A stretch of 64,000 nucleotides of DNA from Thermoplasmatales archaeon (GCA_038729485.1 JAVYRX010000002.1:60739-124738); one strand, 5' to 3'. Shown: positions 18,859-28,281, counted from the first letter of the stretch. Notes: generated by a model from the sequence alone, not told the origin. Translations and numbers: made by a program.

Positions 18859-19319
18859 GTCGAACCACCTTTTAGAATTCCTGCTTCCTTCATATGGAGG
18901 AGCATGTCGCCTTTGCTTCTGAACGTGCCTCCCTTAATCTTCTTGTAGTAGTCTCTGTAATTACCTTTTGTTATCTTGCCAGAATCTCTAAGTTCTCTCA
19001 GGACTTTCCTCATGCCTCTGATCGTCTTCACCCATCTTCTCTTCCTTGGTTCACGTGCGTTCCTGGTACCCTTACGCGACCCCTGGCCCTTTCTTCTTCC
19101 CTTTCTTCTCTGGAGATTGGCAGCCCTGATTCTCCCTCTGGAGTTTCCCTTCTCCGGCCTCTTCTGAATCACGTTCCTCTTTATCAGACGTCTTACGTCA
19201 TCTCTCGTGACTGCCTCCGATATTTCATCTATGCTCTTTACGTCCATCCACACCCTTGTCGTACCGACCTTGAGAATGCTTGCCGCCATTCTCTTTTGAG
19301 CTAGCAACGTGGCCATCAT
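18855..19319 (-). CDS. rpl19e: 50S ribosomal protein L19e (eL19)
   Basis: [22 protein letters not shown]...GNSRGR...[14 protein letters not shown]; operon position. Confidence 0.92.
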   Translation of the reverse strand: MMATLLAQKRMAASILKVGTTRVWMDVKSIDEISEAVTRDDVRRLIKRNVIQKRPEKGNSRGRIRAANLQRRKGRRKGQGSRKGTRNAREPRKRRWVKTIRGMRKVLRELRDSGKITKGNYRDYYKKIKGGTFRSKGDMLLHMKEAGILKGGST

Positions 19320-19711
19320 CTCACCTCGTTGAGAACTCTTATCCCCATCTGCTTGGCCTTTTCTTGTATTTCTAATCTCTTCCTTCTGCCTACAGAGGAG
19401 CTTATTCTTACTGCCTGCTTCCTGCCATCAATCCCTTCTAGTTCCTTCACGTTTGTAACATATTTTTCGAGGAAGCCTGACGGATGCAGACCTCTAACCC
19501 TGTTTGGACCCCGATAGCCAGACTCCACGAATGCTTGCCTGTAGCCTTTTTTTTCTCTGAGCTTGGAATGCTTACCTCTTGGTTTCCTCCAGGAATCCCC
19601 GAGCTTTTTGTACCTGAACCACTCCTGTCTGTGGAATTCAGGCCTCTTCCTATTCATTCTGTTTCTCACGTCAAGGAGCCTTTGCGTATCCTTGTCTAGA
19701 TCAGGTTTCAA
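19316..19711 (-). CDS. rpl32e: 50S ribosomal protein L32e (eL32)
   Basis: [30 protein letters not shown]...[15 protein letters not shown]; operon position. Confidence 0.92.
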   Translation of the reverse strand: MKPDLDKDTQRLLDVRNRMNRKRPEFHRQEWFRYKKLGDSWRKPRGKHSKLREKKGYRQAFVESGYRGPNRVRGLHPSGFLEKYVTNVKELEGIDGRKQAVRISSSVGRRKRLEIQEKAKQMGIRVLNEVR

Positions 19712-20261
19712 TTACATCACCTTTCCTAACTATGTATATTCCATCCTGGAAAACCCTTGGATCAAACCCCTTTATTTTGCTCATCTTCTCAATTTTTGCA
19801 GCAGCATTTCCCAGAGTTTCTAGGTCACACCCTTCTATAGTCACGGTATCTCCCTTGACCGTAACCTTCGCTTCAGCTGGCACCGAGATGACCCTTGCGC
19901 TTTTTTCCCCCAGGAAATTATCAAGCATTACCTGATTGCCCTTGACAGTGACTTTAACGGGAAAATGTGCGTAGACTATTTTCATCGTATAAACAAATCC
20001 TTTAGTAACTCCAGTCATCGCACTTTCTATGATGCTTTGCCATGTTCCCAGAACGGCTAGATCTGATCTCTTTCCCCTTAGCAGATAGATATGGACCTTA
20101 TTGTCCTTCAATTCCACCTTAGCGTATTCGTTCTTGAAGTTCTTAACGACCTTCCCCTTTTTTCCCTGAACTTCGAGTTCGAACTTGTTCTGCCTAACGC
20201 TTACTCCTTCAGGCACATCGATAAAGACTTCCTTGATTTGTGCATCAGTAGACGAACGCAA
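19701..20261 (-). CDS. rpl6: 50S ribosomal protein L6 (uL6); start uncertain
   Basis: [30 protein letters not shown]... is the L6 pattern. The ORF-track start at 20387 would overlap S8 by 143 nt. In-frame candidates are ATG 20300 (56-nt overlap) and TTG 20261 (17-nt overlap, chosen here). The stop is secure. Confidence 0.85.
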   Translation of the reverse strand: MRSSTDAQIKEVFIDVPEGVSVRQNKFELEVQGKKGKVVKNFKNEYAKVELKDNKVHIYLLRGKRSDLAVLGTWQSIIESAMTGVTKGFVYTMKIVYAHFPVKVTVKGNQVMLDNFLGEKSARVISVPAEAKVTVKGDTVTIEGCDLETLGNAAAKIEKMSKIKGFDPRVFQDGIYIVRKGDVIET

Positions 20262-20628
20262 GTGCTCTCCCCCCCATTCCCTTCTTCTTGGCCTCTCCAT
20301 TGCTAACCACACCAGCCGTCGTGGTAATGACCAATATCCCGATATCCTGTGCCGGTAAATATCTAGATTCCCATCTCTCCATTTCATCCCTTTTTATAGA
20401 AAACCTGGGCTTAATGACCCCGCAATTGTTTATCGTTTTTGAGATTCTCACCCTGAATAAACCGCCACGACCATTTTCCTCGTACTCAAATTCCTCTATG
20501 TAGCCATATTTCTGGAAGATTTTTAGTACGTGACCCACAAGATTAGATGCTTTAACCTCTACCTCTTCCCTTCCCAGTCTCGAAGCATTTCTTATTGCAA
20601 CCAAAGCTTCATTCAATGTATCTCCCAT
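20245..20628 (-). CDS. rps8: 30S ribosomal protein S8 (uS8)
   Basis: DTLNEALVAIRNA...GYIEEFEY...[26 protein letters not shown]; operon position. Confidence 0.92.
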   Translation of the reverse strand: MGDTLNEALVAIRNASRLGREEVEVKASNLVGHVLKIFQKYGYIEEFEYEENGRGGLFRVRISKTINNCGVIKPRFSIKRDEMERWESRYLPAQDIGILVITTTAGVVSNGEAKKKGMGGRALAFVY

Positions 20629-20637
20629 TTAAACACC

Positions 20638-20799
20638 TCACGAAAATTTCCTGAAGCCTAGTTCTGGCGCTATTTCCCTAAAGCATTGCCTGCACAGATG
20701 CAACCCGTACCGCCTTATCAGTCCCCTCTTCCTGCCACACCTGTCACATCCATCTTTCCTTCCGTACTTTTTCTTGGGACTAAGCTTGTTCTGAGTCAT
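20638..20799 (-). CDS. rps14: 30S ribosomal protein S14 type Z (uS14), 53 aa; below ORF-track cut-off
   Basis: Hand translation of the minus strand gives [53 protein letters not shown]. It has a CxxC...CxxC zinc motif. The ATG shares one base with the L5 stop (TAATG). Confidence 0.9.
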   Translation of the reverse strand: MTQNKLSPKKKYGRKDGCDRCGRKRGLIRRYGLHLCRQCFREIAPELGFRKFS

Positions 20800-21314
20800 T
20801 AGGACGCCTCCACAATCTCGACCCCATAATTCTTTTTCATGAATTCCATCATTTCTTCCCTCGTTACTCTGAATCTGGCAGGAATCGGACGGCGCTGCAG
20901 TCTTCTTCTTGATACCCTGTAGCCACCTTTCCTCTTAAAGGAGACAACGATATCCATTCCAAATATTCCTATTTCAGGATTGTATTTCATTCCCTTGAAA
21001 TCCGTGTAATCGGAGATCCCGAAACTGTAGCTTCCCTGAGTGGAAAAGGAGTAGCTCAAGCATCTGTTATTTTTTACCCACAAAGCAGACCTAAGAAACT
21101 TATCCATCTTTTCACCCCTCAGGGTTACCTTAACCCCTATGTCCTGCCCCTTTCTTATTCCAAACTCCCTATTGGATCTCTTTACGTGCGTGATAGTTGG
21201 ATTAGAGTCGGTGATCAACTTCAACACGCTTCTTGCCTTTTCCAGCTTTTCACCTGCCTCTCCCACGCCTATGTTGACCGTAACCTTGTCAATGACCACT
21301 TCGTTCATCTCCAT
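20799..21314 (-). CDS. rpl5: 50S ribosomal protein L5 (uL5)
   Basis: [18 protein letters not shown]...[16 protein letters not shown]...GISDYTDF; operon position. Confidence 0.92.
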   Translation of the reverse strand: MEMNEVVIDKVTVNIGVGEAGEKLEKARSVLKLITDSNPTITHVKRSNREFGIRKGQDIGVKVTLRGEKMDKFLRSALWVKNNRCLSYSFSTQGSYSFGISDYTDFKGMKYNPEIGIFGMDIVVSFKRKGGYRVSRRRLQRRPIPARFRVTREEMMEFMKKNYGVEIVEAS

Positions 21315-21315
21315 A

Positions 21316-22020
21316 TCATTCGCCTCCCGGTACGGCTATCTCGCCCTTCGATCTTCCCAAGACAAAAACGTTTGAAACAGTCGTCATGAAATTGTCCTCG
21401 CTCTCCACGGTATTTTCCTGATAGCTCCGTGACACATTGATGTCCCTAATGGTTGTGATTATTCCCCTGTGCGACCCGCCAGTCACGTAAACGGCTGTGT
21501 CTTTTGCCAGCGGATATACGTCCAACACCTTCTGTTCTGGAAGAGAGATTTTGAGGCTATCGCCTCTCCTGATTCCCTTGTCCTCTGTTAAGATAACCCT
21601 TCCATCGTGTGTTGATATCTGAATCTTCCCGCTTTTTATAATATTCTTGCCCGTCACCTTCACAAGCTTCCATTTTGCCTCATCCGGCTGTATGTCAGTC
21701 AAAACCATTATACCCTTTTTATCAAGAAGAACTCTCTTGAATACGCCTGTTTCCTTAATGGAGATTACGTCCATAAAACCAATGGGTCTCTGGTAATCCT
21801 TGACTATCTTCCCGTCAACCTCGACCTTCCCCCTTGATATTATATTTCTGGCTTCCTTTGACGTGTCCGAGAGCTTTAGAACGTCCCTGATAATAACCAT
21901 AAGCGGAACACTCTCTTCCCTAGGATGAGGACCGGCTTTAGCTCTGACGGACCAAATAAATCTTTTCCGAGGCTGCTTCCAAGTTGTGGGAGCTGGAAGT
22001 CTCTTTACGTGCTTACTCAT
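21316..22020 (-). CDS. rps4e: 30S ribosomal protein S4e (eS4)
   Basis: MSKHVKRLPAPTTW...AGPHPREESVPLMVIIRDVLKL; operon position. Confidence 0.92.
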   Translation of the reverse strand: MSKHVKRLPAPTTWKQPRKRFIWSVRAKAGPHPREESVPLMVIIRDVLKLSDTSKEARNIISRGKVEVDGKIVKDYQRPIGFMDVISIKETGVFKRVLLDKKGIMVLTDIQPDEAKWKLVKVTGKNIIKSGKIQISTHDGRVILTEDKGIRRGDSLKISLPEQKVLDVYPLAKDTAVYVTGGSHRGIITTIRDINVSRSYQENTVESEDNFMTTVSNVFVLGRSKGEIAVPGGE

Positions 22021-22450
22021 CTTTTTTCGCCTCCTCTACTGCTTCGCTATTTCCTGTAGTCTCAGGCTGCGGTACAGCTTCGCCGGACGATTGAGGTTCC
22101 GGCTGCGGTTCTTCCACCACCTTGTTCCTCATAGAAGCTAACTTTGACAGCCTCTCTTTCCTTTTTTTATCTTCTAGAACGACTTTCGTGATGATGAGGG
22201 CGGTAGGATCGATCTTCCTTGGCTTCATCTTGCCGTCCGCTTTTGAAATGTTTATGTTTTCTATAATCACCTTGTTCTGATCCTTTAGAACCTTTATGAC
22301 CTTGCCCTCCTTTCCAACGATGTTGAACTTCTCGTCCTTATCCGTGTCTCCCTTAATTATTTTGACAAGATCCCCCTTTCTTACTGGGAATCTCCTTACG
22401 CCATACCTGGAAATCAGGTCTTTCGATAGATGAATAACTACATCCTTCAT
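22013..22450 (-). CDS. rpl24: 50S ribosomal protein L24 (uL24) with an acidic/Pro-rich C-terminal tail
   Basis: A KOW motif (VRKGDLVKIIKGD...GKEGKVIKV) is followed by a ~40-aa tail, VVEEPQPEPQSSGEAVPQPETTGNSEAVEEAKKDE. Confidence 0.9.
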   Translation of the reverse strand: MKDVVIHLSKDLISRYGVRRFPVRKGDLVKIIKGDTDKDEKFNIVGKEGKVIKVLKDQNKVIIENINISKADGKMKPRKIDPTALIITKVVLEDKKRKERLSKLASMRNKVVEEPQPEPQSSGEAVPQPETTGNSEAVEEAKKDE

Positions 22451-22459
22451 CTTGTCACC

Positions 22460-22858
22460 TCAAACAATTGAGCTGGCCAATGCGGCAACCCTTGGCCATC
22501 TCTCTGCAGCCTCCTTGGCAACAGGCCCTTTAATTTCAGTGCCCCTCGTTTCCCCATTGTCTTGCACCAGAACCGCGGCATTATCCTCGAATTCAACCAT
22601 TAACCCATCCTGCCTTCTGAACGTTTTTCTTTGCCTGATCACGACAGCGTATACCACTTTGCGTCTCATCTCAGGCGAGCCTCTCTTTACAGATGCAATT
22701 ATCATATCCCCGACAGAAGCCGCGGGAACCCTCCTCTTGGTATTATGGTATGCCTTCACGTTTATCAGGGACAGAACCTTTGCACCGGAGTTGTCCGCGC
22801 ATTCGAGCTTTGCCCCAAGCGGGAGCCCTCTAATCTGTTTACCAGCCAGCCCCTTCAT
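22460..22858 (-). CDS. rpl14: 50S ribosomal protein L14 (uL14)
   Basis: LECADNSGAKVL...ASVGDMIIASVKRGSPEMR...AVVIRQRK; operon position. Confidence 0.93.
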   Translation of the reverse strand: MKGLAGKQIRGLPLGAKLECADNSGAKVLSLINVKAYHNTKRRVPAASVGDMIIASVKRGSPEMRRKVVYAVVIRQRKTFRRQDGLMVEFEDNAAVLVQDNGETRGTEIKGPVAKEAAERWPRVAALASSIV

Positions 22859-22862
22859 ATAA

Positions 22863-23183
22863 TCACACCACCTTCTCCACTACTACAAATGAAATTGATT
22901 TGGCAATGGGCCTGGCGTATGCTATTTTAACGATATCCCCGATGGACACGTGAATGCAGGCGGGAAGATGGGCGTGGTATTTTCTCCTCCTCTTTTCATA
23001 CCTTTCATACTTTTCATTTTTCCTTAAATATTGTCTTAGAATCGTAACTGTATTCCTCATAGAAATGGATACTACCTCGCCCTCTATTATCGGAGATTTT
23101 ACGTTTATCTCCCCGTGAAATGGACAGTTCCTATCAGTGCATTCCTCTTCTGGTTCCTTCACTTCTATACCTATGTTTCTCAT
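22863..23183 (-). CDS. rps17: 30S ribosomal protein S17 (uS17)
   Basis: CTDRNCPFHGEINVKSPIIEGEVVS...YERYEKRRRKYHAH...GDIVKIAYARPIAKS; operon position. Confidence 0.92.
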   Translation of the reverse strand: MRNIGIEVKEPEEECTDRNCPFHGEINVKSPIIEGEVVSISMRNTVTILRQYLRKNEKYERYEKRRRKYHAHLPACIHVSIGDIVKIAYARPIAKSISFVVVEKVV

Positions 23184-23437
23184 CTATGCCATCTCCTTCT
23201 TGCTTTTTTCATCTTTTCTTCCGGCCTGAGCCTTATCTTTTCAATTGACACTTCTTTGCCCGAAACTAGGATGATACCTCTGGTCTTTGGGATGACCCTG
23301 TCGCCCTTTTCAGTTGAGATGACAATGATGTTTTTCCTCTCATCTACACACTTGCCCTTAAGCCCGATAAGGGTGCCATCAGTGTGTCTCAGAATTTGCA
23401 AATTAGCTCCTATCATATCTGTGAGGTACGGATTCAT
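23180..23437 (-). CDS. rnp1: RNase P protein component 1 (Rpp29/Pop4 homolog)
   Basis: 85 aa with IGANLQILRHTDGTLIGLKGKCVDERKNIIVIST (Sm-like Rpp29 pattern). It holds the conserved position between SUI1/L29 and S17. Confidence 0.85.
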   Translation of the reverse strand: MNPYLTDMIGANLQILRHTDGTLIGLKGKCVDERKNIIVISTEKGDRVIPKTRGIILVSGKEVSIEKIRLRPEEKMKKARRRWHR

Positions 23438-23724
23438 TTTTCCACCTCAACCTTAAATCCAAGCTCCTCAAGCACCTTCTTCACTCGCTCCCTTTGATCG
23501 CCCTGCAGTTCTATCTTCTCGTCCTTTACAGTACCGCCAGTTGCAGTCTTTTTCTTCAGCGTTTTTGCCAGTTCCTTTATATCCTCCGTGTGCGAATCAA
23601 ACCCAGACACTATAGTAACGAATTTGCCGTATCTCCTCTTGTCTGTCTCAATCTTTATGATTTGAGATTCCCTAGCAATCTCATCGAGCGGCGTCAATTC
23701 CTTGAATATTTTATCATCCCTCAT
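23434..23724 (-). CDS. sui1: translation initiation factor SUI1 (aSUI1/eIF1)
   Basis: IKIETDKRRYGKFVTIVSGFD...IKELAKTLKKKTATGGTVKDEKIELQGDQRERVKKVLEELGF is the SUI1 pattern. Confidence 0.88.
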   Translation of the reverse strand: MRDDKIFKELTPLDEIARESQIIKIETDKRRYGKFVTIVSGFDSHTEDIKELAKTLKKKTATGGTVKDEKIELQGDQRERVKKVLEELGFKVEVEK

Positions 23725-23921
23725 TTTTGAGTCTCCCTTAGCACTGTCTTGACTCTTGCTATCTGCCTCTTCAACGATTCAATCTTCCCGGGACTTGGGG
23801 GAGCCCCACCCATTGCAGAAATGCCCCTTTCTCTCATAAGTTCCTCCTTCATCTCCGAGTACTTCTTCTCTAGTTCGTCTTTATTCATCTTTCGTATGTC
23901 CCTCGCCTTCAGCTCCTCCAA
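23721..23921 (-). CDS. rpl29: 50S ribosomal protein L29 (uL29)
   Basis: LKARDIRKMNKDELEKKYSEMKEELMRERG; operon position after S3. Confidence 0.92.
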   Translation of the reverse strand: MEELKARDIRKMNKDELEKKYSEMKEELMRERGISAMGGAPPSPGKIESLKRQIARVKTVLRETQK

Positions 23922-24531
23922 CGTTGCTCACCCCCTCAAGTTGAACCTTTGAAACACGCACATCATCAGGCAACTTTACATCGCTCCTTAGAATTTTAAC
24001 TGAAATTCCTATAATTCCCGGTTTGGTCATGGCAATTGCATAGCCTTTGTCTATGTATTCCGAGGGATTTCCAGAAGAGATAACCTTTCCAGATGTGTAC
24101 TTTACCCTTCTCGCCCTCTCGCCGGTCAGTTTACCTCCCATCCTGATCTGCCCTCCTCTAGCACCGGCGTCCATTATTCTCTTTAGAATGCTGTGACCGG
24201 CCCTTCTGAAATGCCACCCTTTTTCAATTGAACGGGCAAGTTTCTGGGCCATTATTTGTGCACTTAGTCCGGGCTCTTGCATTCCTTCAACCTTAATTAA
24301 AGGACTAGCGAGATTGAACTTTTTCTCTAGTGTTATTTCCATGTTCTTTATCTTTGAGCCCCTCCTTCCAATAACCAGCCCTGGCCTCTCCACCTTTAAA
24401 AGAACGATAGTATTCTGGGGCGTTCTCTGTATGTCCACCCCGCCAAAACCGGCATCCCAGATTTCGTGAACTAAATATTCTTTAATAAGCTGTCTCCTTA
24501 TGTTTTCCTGAAGAAACTTCAATTCTTTCAT
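23881..24531 (-). CDS. rps3: 30S ribosomal protein S3 (uS3)
   Basis: KH domain LVIGRRGSKIKNM...; ...RRAGHSILKRIMDAGARGGQIRMGGKL; operon position. Confidence 0.93.
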   Translation of the reverse strand: MKELKFLQENIRRQLIKEYLVHEIWDAGFGGVDIQRTPQNTIVLLKVERPGLVIGRRGSKIKNMEITLEKKFNLASPLIKVEGMQEPGLSAQIMAQKLARSIEKGWHFRRAGHSILKRIMDAGARGGQIRMGGKLTGERARRVKYTSGKVISSGNPSEYIDKGYAIAMTKPGIIGISVKILRSDVKLPDDVRVSKVQLEGVSNVGGAEGEGHTKDE

Positions 24532-24971
24532 TCCGACTCCTCCAATATTATCTGAATGTGTACCCGTTCTCTGTAAAACTTCCCGCTTGAGCCGTAAGCC
24601 TTGAAAGTGTAATACTTTATGGGTGCTGCAGGTTGAGCAACCGCGTTTCTTATGAAAAGCTTCTCTGAATCAAGCTGCTTGAACTCAGCATTGTTTTCAG
24701 CGTTTTGAAGCGTTTCGAGGACGTACTTGGCTGCCTTTATTGGATATCTGCCTGGACCTACCCCTTTCTTGTGAGACACGGAATCCATGAATTTCCTATA
24801 AGGAACCGCCTTCCTCTTGGATATTACATCCTCAAGATAGCCCTTAGCCGCATCCAGTTTCATCCCCTTGATCGTCCTAACTACTTCAAGTGCATCCCTG
24901 GGAGAGATTGGAGTATTAATCGAAGTGGCACGAGCACTTTTTTTCTTATCCGTTTCTAATACATACTTCAT
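24528..24971 (-). CDS. rpl22: 50S ribosomal protein L22 (uL22)
   Basis: MKYVLETDKKKSARATSINTPISPRDALEVVRTIKGMKLDAAKGYLEDV. The ORF-track start at 25022 is TTG and overlaps S19. ATG 24971 lies 10 nt after the S19 stop. Confidence 0.9.
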   Translation of the reverse strand: MKYVLETDKKKSARATSINTPISPRDALEVVRTIKGMKLDAAKGYLEDVISKRKAVPYRKFMDSVSHKKGVGPGRYPIKAAKYVLETLQNAENNAEFKQLDSEKLFIRNAVAQPAAPIKYYTFKAYGSSGKFYRERVHIQIILEESE

Positions 24972-24981
24972 CTTGAAAACC

Positions 24982-25437
24982 TCACTTGAGCGGCAGGAAC
25001 TTTGAGCCTCTTGTAGCTCCAACTCCTGGACCTGAGTGTTTCACCTCTTTGCGTGTTTGCGAAAATTCTCCGAGATAATGCCCGATCATCTCCTCCTTAA
25101 TCGTGAAGGTCTGATAGCTGCTCCCATTGTGAACGGAAACTGTCTTTCCCACGTACTGAGGGAGTATCACCAGATCCCTGACCCTCGTCTTAACGGAATC
25201 CCTCTCTAGGAGCTTGTCGTGAAGCCTCTGCTGTTCTATGTTATACCCTCTCTTCAGCGATCTTCTTGCCCTTGCAGGCATTATCTTCAAGAGCTGTGAC
25301 AGATCCATCTCTGCGAGCTCGTCCACCGTTTTGCCTTTGAAAAGTATCTCTTTTCCCCTTTCTATTATAGCCTTCGTGGCTTTCCTTTTAGACCTTTTAA
25401 TGGCCTTTTGAGACCTCTGTCTTCTATCTTCAGGCAT
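24982..25437 (-). CDS. rps19: 30S ribosomal protein S19 (uS19)
   Basis: FKGKTVDELAEMDLSQLLKIMPARARRSLKRG...GKTVSVHNG...GHYLGEFSQTRK; operon position. Confidence 0.92.
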   Translation of the reverse strand: MPEDRRQRSQKAIKRSKRKATKAIIERGKEILFKGKTVDELAEMDLSQLLKIMPARARRSLKRGYNIEQQRLHDKLLERDSVKTRVRDLVILPQYVGKTVSVHNGSSYQTFTIKEEMIGHYLGEFSQTRKEVKHSGPGVGATRGSKFLPLK

Positions 25438-26137
25438 TCTTCTTCACCTTTTTCCTTGGCGACAGCCTACCCACTTTTCTGCCCGGCGGCGTATTCCTGC
25501 CTACCGTCGAAGGCCTTCCAACGTGCTGATGATTTCCGCCTCCATGCGGGTGATTCACCGCATTCATTGCGACACCCCTTACGCCGAATGGCCGTTTAGC
25601 CCTGCTCTGAAAAGCATGTATTTTCTTACCCGCCTTTAGGAAGGGCTTGGTGTTCCTTCCCCCTCCTCCCACGACGCCTATGGTGGCAAGGCAGGATGGT
25701 TTGATATCCATCAATTTTCCGGATGGAAGCTTTATTGTCACATTTTCGCCGTGTGAGACAACAGTGCAGAACGCACCCGGTGTTCTTGACAAATTCCCTC
25801 CAGATCCTGGCCTTACTTCTACATTGAATATAAGCGCACCATCGGGTATAAGACCAAGTGGAAGCGTATTTCCTTCCAGTGGTTCGGCATTTGGCCCTCC
25901 CTCTATCTTTTGGCCAACAAACATACCATTGTGAGCAATAAAATTCACAACTTTCTCTCCATTCAATCTAACCTGTGCAACGGGAGCATAATGCCCAGGG
26001 TCCCTCAGCAGTTTCTCTACACGCCCTTCCCAGGAAGCTGCCACAGGATACCTTATGTCACCGTAATGTCTGTGGCTTGGGCTCTTATACATCAGCCCCC
26101 CACGACCTCTCCTTTGAACCAACAACTTCTTTCCCAT
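25430..26137 (-). CDS. rpl2: 50S ribosomal protein L2 (uL2)
   Basis: MGKKLLVQRRGRGG...GVAMNAVNHPHGGGNHQHVGRPSTV; operon position. Confidence 0.94.
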   Translation of the reverse strand: MGKKLLVQRRGRGGLMYKSPSHRHYGDIRYPVAASWEGRVEKLLRDPGHYAPVAQVRLNGEKVVNFIAHNGMFVGQKIEGGPNAEPLEGNTLPLGLIPDGALIFNVEVRPGSGGNLSRTPGAFCTVVSHGENVTIKLPSGKLMDIKPSCLATIGVVGGGGRNTKPFLKAGKKIHAFQSRAKRPFGVRGVAMNAVNHPHGGGNHQHVGRPSTVGRNTPPGRKVGRLSPRKKVKKNA

Positions 26138-26148
26138 TTTAGATCACC

Positions 26149-26409
26149 TCAGAATATACCCAGCCGGGTAGCAAGTTCCTCCGCAGAAAAATCACTTGAA
26201 ATCCTCACAATTGCCTTTTTCCCTTCCTTGTCCCTGATTATATTCACCTTGCTTACCTTCATGCCTGAAATTTCCTCCACGGCTCTCTTTATGTCTGATC
26301 TTGTGGCCGTTTCATTGACAATGAACCAGATCGTATTGTTCTTTTCTATTTGCAGCATTGATTTTTCTGTCACGAATGGCTTGGTTATAATGTCATAGGG
26401 AGTTGTCAT
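26149..26409 (-). CDS. rpl23: 50S ribosomal protein L23 (uL23)
   Basis: MTTPYDIITKPFVTEKSMLQIEKNNTIWFIV.... ATG 26409 forms an ATGA overlap with the L4 stop. The ORF-track start at 26418 is GTG. Confidence 0.9.
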   Translation of the reverse strand: MTTPYDIITKPFVTEKSMLQIEKNNTIWFIVNETATRSDIKRAVEEISGMKVSKVNIIRDKEGKKAIVRISSDFSAEELATRLGIF

Positions 26410-27164
26410 ATTTTCCACCTTTTTATATCTTCCAGCGCACTTTCGGTCAGAACCAAAAGCCTTCCTGGATGGCCTCCAGGTGCAAGAACGTATGCATTGA
26501 TCTCATTAGGAACTACCACGTCAGTGCCCGGAAGGTTTCCGACCGCCTTAACCACGTGTTCCTTGTTCGCAACCACAAACAGAATACTCTTCGGAGTGAC
26601 GTACTTCCTACCCCTGCTCTTTCCCCTTCCTGCTCTTATTTTAGTACCTTCCTTTGACCTTAGAATATCGTCATAAACTCCAACGTTCTTTAGCACTTCA
26701 ACCGCTTCGCTTGTCTTCTCTATCTTTTCGAATTTATCCTCAAGGATCACGGGGAGGGATTCTATAGTGAACCTGTGTCCTCTCCTCCTTACAATCTCGG
26801 GATCTGCTGTCGATGAAAGAGCGGACAGTTTTGCAATGATTTTCTCTTTCTTGTTGATCTTTATGTGCCAGTCCTTTTCCTTGACAGGATGAAATGCTGA
26901 ACGGCCTCCTCTTGCATTGCTCAACAAAACACCCCTTGAGGTCCCCTGCACCCTTGGATATCTAGAAATTCCGTGGTTGGGACCTAGATTATGACCCACA
27001 CGCCTGTTCCCAGAGTAATAGTAGCTCCCATAAGGAGCTCTTCCGTTTGACATGTATGCGTTGGCAAACCTCTGGATTAAATCTGCTCTGAGAGGCATTC
27101 TGAAGGCATCAGGCAGTTCTAAAGCCCTCAAGACCTTTCCTTCCAAAGAAAGTATGTTCGCCAT
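26406..27164 (-). CDS. rpl4: 50S ribosomal protein L4 (uL4)
   Basis: ...PYGSYYYSGNRRVGHNLGPNHGISRYPRVQG...ARGGRSAFHP; operon position. Confidence 0.93.
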   Translation of the reverse strand: MANILSLEGKVLRALELPDAFRMPLRADLIQRFANAYMSNGRAPYGSYYYSGNRRVGHNLGPNHGISRYPRVQGTSRGVLLSNARGGRSAFHPVKEKDWHIKINKKEKIIAKLSALSSTADPEIVRRRGHRFTIESLPVILEDKFEKIEKTSEAVEVLKNVGVYDDILRSKEGTKIRAGRGKSRGRKYVTPKSILFVVANKEHVVKAVGNLPGTDVVVPNEINAYVLAPGGHPGRLLVLTESALEDIKRWKI

Positions 27165-27166
27165 GA

Positions 27167-28156
27167 TCAGACCCCCTGCTTGCTTTCTAAAGATATGTAC
27201 GTAAGTGATACCTTGTCTACGTCAGGAACAACTTGCCTTACAGGGTCACGGAGCTTTATTATCCTCTTGGTGGAACCAGGAACGCTTCCATGAAGGACGA
27301 TGTAATCGTTTGAAATCTCCCCATAACCTAAGAACCCACCTTTGGGCGTTATCTGATTATCCTGTGGTTTTCCGTAGAAGAGAACCCTCTTATTGAATTC
27401 GGTCCTCTGGTGAAAGCCTACCTGACCAGCCTGTGGAACTGTATTCCTAACCCAGTCAGGATGCCACGGCCCTAGTGTGCCTATCATCCTTCTGTGCTTT
27501 CTGTTCTTCCTAGGTAGCAGTTTGACGCCCCATCTCTTGACGTGACCCTGAAATCCTTTACCTTTAGTCACGGCTATAACGTCCACAAATTTTCCAGGTG
27601 AAGAAAAGGAGCTGAATGATACCTCCTTCCCCAGGATTGACTTTGCATAATCAATTCTTTCCTTTATTCCGCCACCTCCGATCCTTATCTCCGTAATATC
27701 CGGTCTTTTCTTGGAGACGGCTTTGACCTTGCTGTTCTGTATCAAGGCCATTATTCTTACATCATACGCGTCACTTTCGTTTATTTCATTTCCCTTGTAC
27801 TCTTTGGAAATCGGAACGATCTTACTCAGCTCATTTATTGAAGACGGATCGTATGTCTCCGATAGCACATACTCACCATATGGACCGTTCCCGTAGACCC
27901 TCATGCCAACAACCTTGATAGGAGGTACCTCGATTACGGTCACTGACGAGGCTACCTCAGAACCAGCAGTAGTACTACTCTTCCTATAATCTACGAAGAG
28001 GGCGTGCGTCATTCCGGCCTTGAACCCTACAAAGCCCTGGAGCCTTGGACCGTCCTTTATTTCGGGCCAGGACCTAATGTGGGGTATAGATGATCTCGCG
28101 CGCTTCCTGGGATAGTATCCCATAGAGCCATGTCTCGAATGGTTTGGAGTTGCCAT
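27167..28156 (-). CDS. rpl3: 50S ribosomal protein L3 (uL3)
   Basis: HSRHGSMGYYPRKRA...FKAGMTHA...TKGKGFQGHVKRWGVKLLPRKNRKHRRMIGTLGPWHP. This is the first gene of the operon. Confidence 0.94.
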   Translation of the reverse strand: MATPNHSRHGSMGYYPRKRARSSIPHIRSWPEIKDGPRLQGFVGFKAGMTHALFVDYRKSSTTAGSEVASSVTVIEVPPIKVVGMRVYGNGPYGEYVLSETYDPSSINELSKIVPISKEYKGNEINESDAYDVRIMALIQNSKVKAVSKKRPDITEIRIGGGGIKERIDYAKSILGKEVSFSSFSSPGKFVDVIAVTKGKGFQGHVKRWGVKLLPRKNRKHRRMIGTLGPWHPDWVRNTVPQAGQVGFHQRTEFNKRVLFYGKPQDNQITPKGGFLGYGEISNDYIVLHGSVPGSTKRIIKLRDPVRQVVPDVDKVSLTYISLESKQGV

Positions 28157-28264
28157 TTACACCACTTTCGCAAAGCCGTTGCGTCTTGATGTTCTCACAA
28201 TTTCTGAGACATCACTGGCACTATCGCCAAAAGACGTGAAGCTTCTGCTCTTTCGACAAAACAT

Positions 28265-28281
28265 GTTTATATTTAAATAAA
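28265..28281 (-). promoter_or_regulatory. TATA-box-like element for the L3 ribosomal operon
   Basis: The minus strand reads TTTATTTAAATATAAAC, ending 108 nt upstream of the L3 ATG. This implies a ~80-90 nt 5' leader. Pattern only. Confidence 0.35.

Noticed and set aside
22452-22862. 136-aa plus-strand ORF
   Set aside because: It is exactly antisense to the unmistakable L14 gene. Its composition is low-complexity and Ser/Leu/Pro-rich, typical of shadow ORFs.
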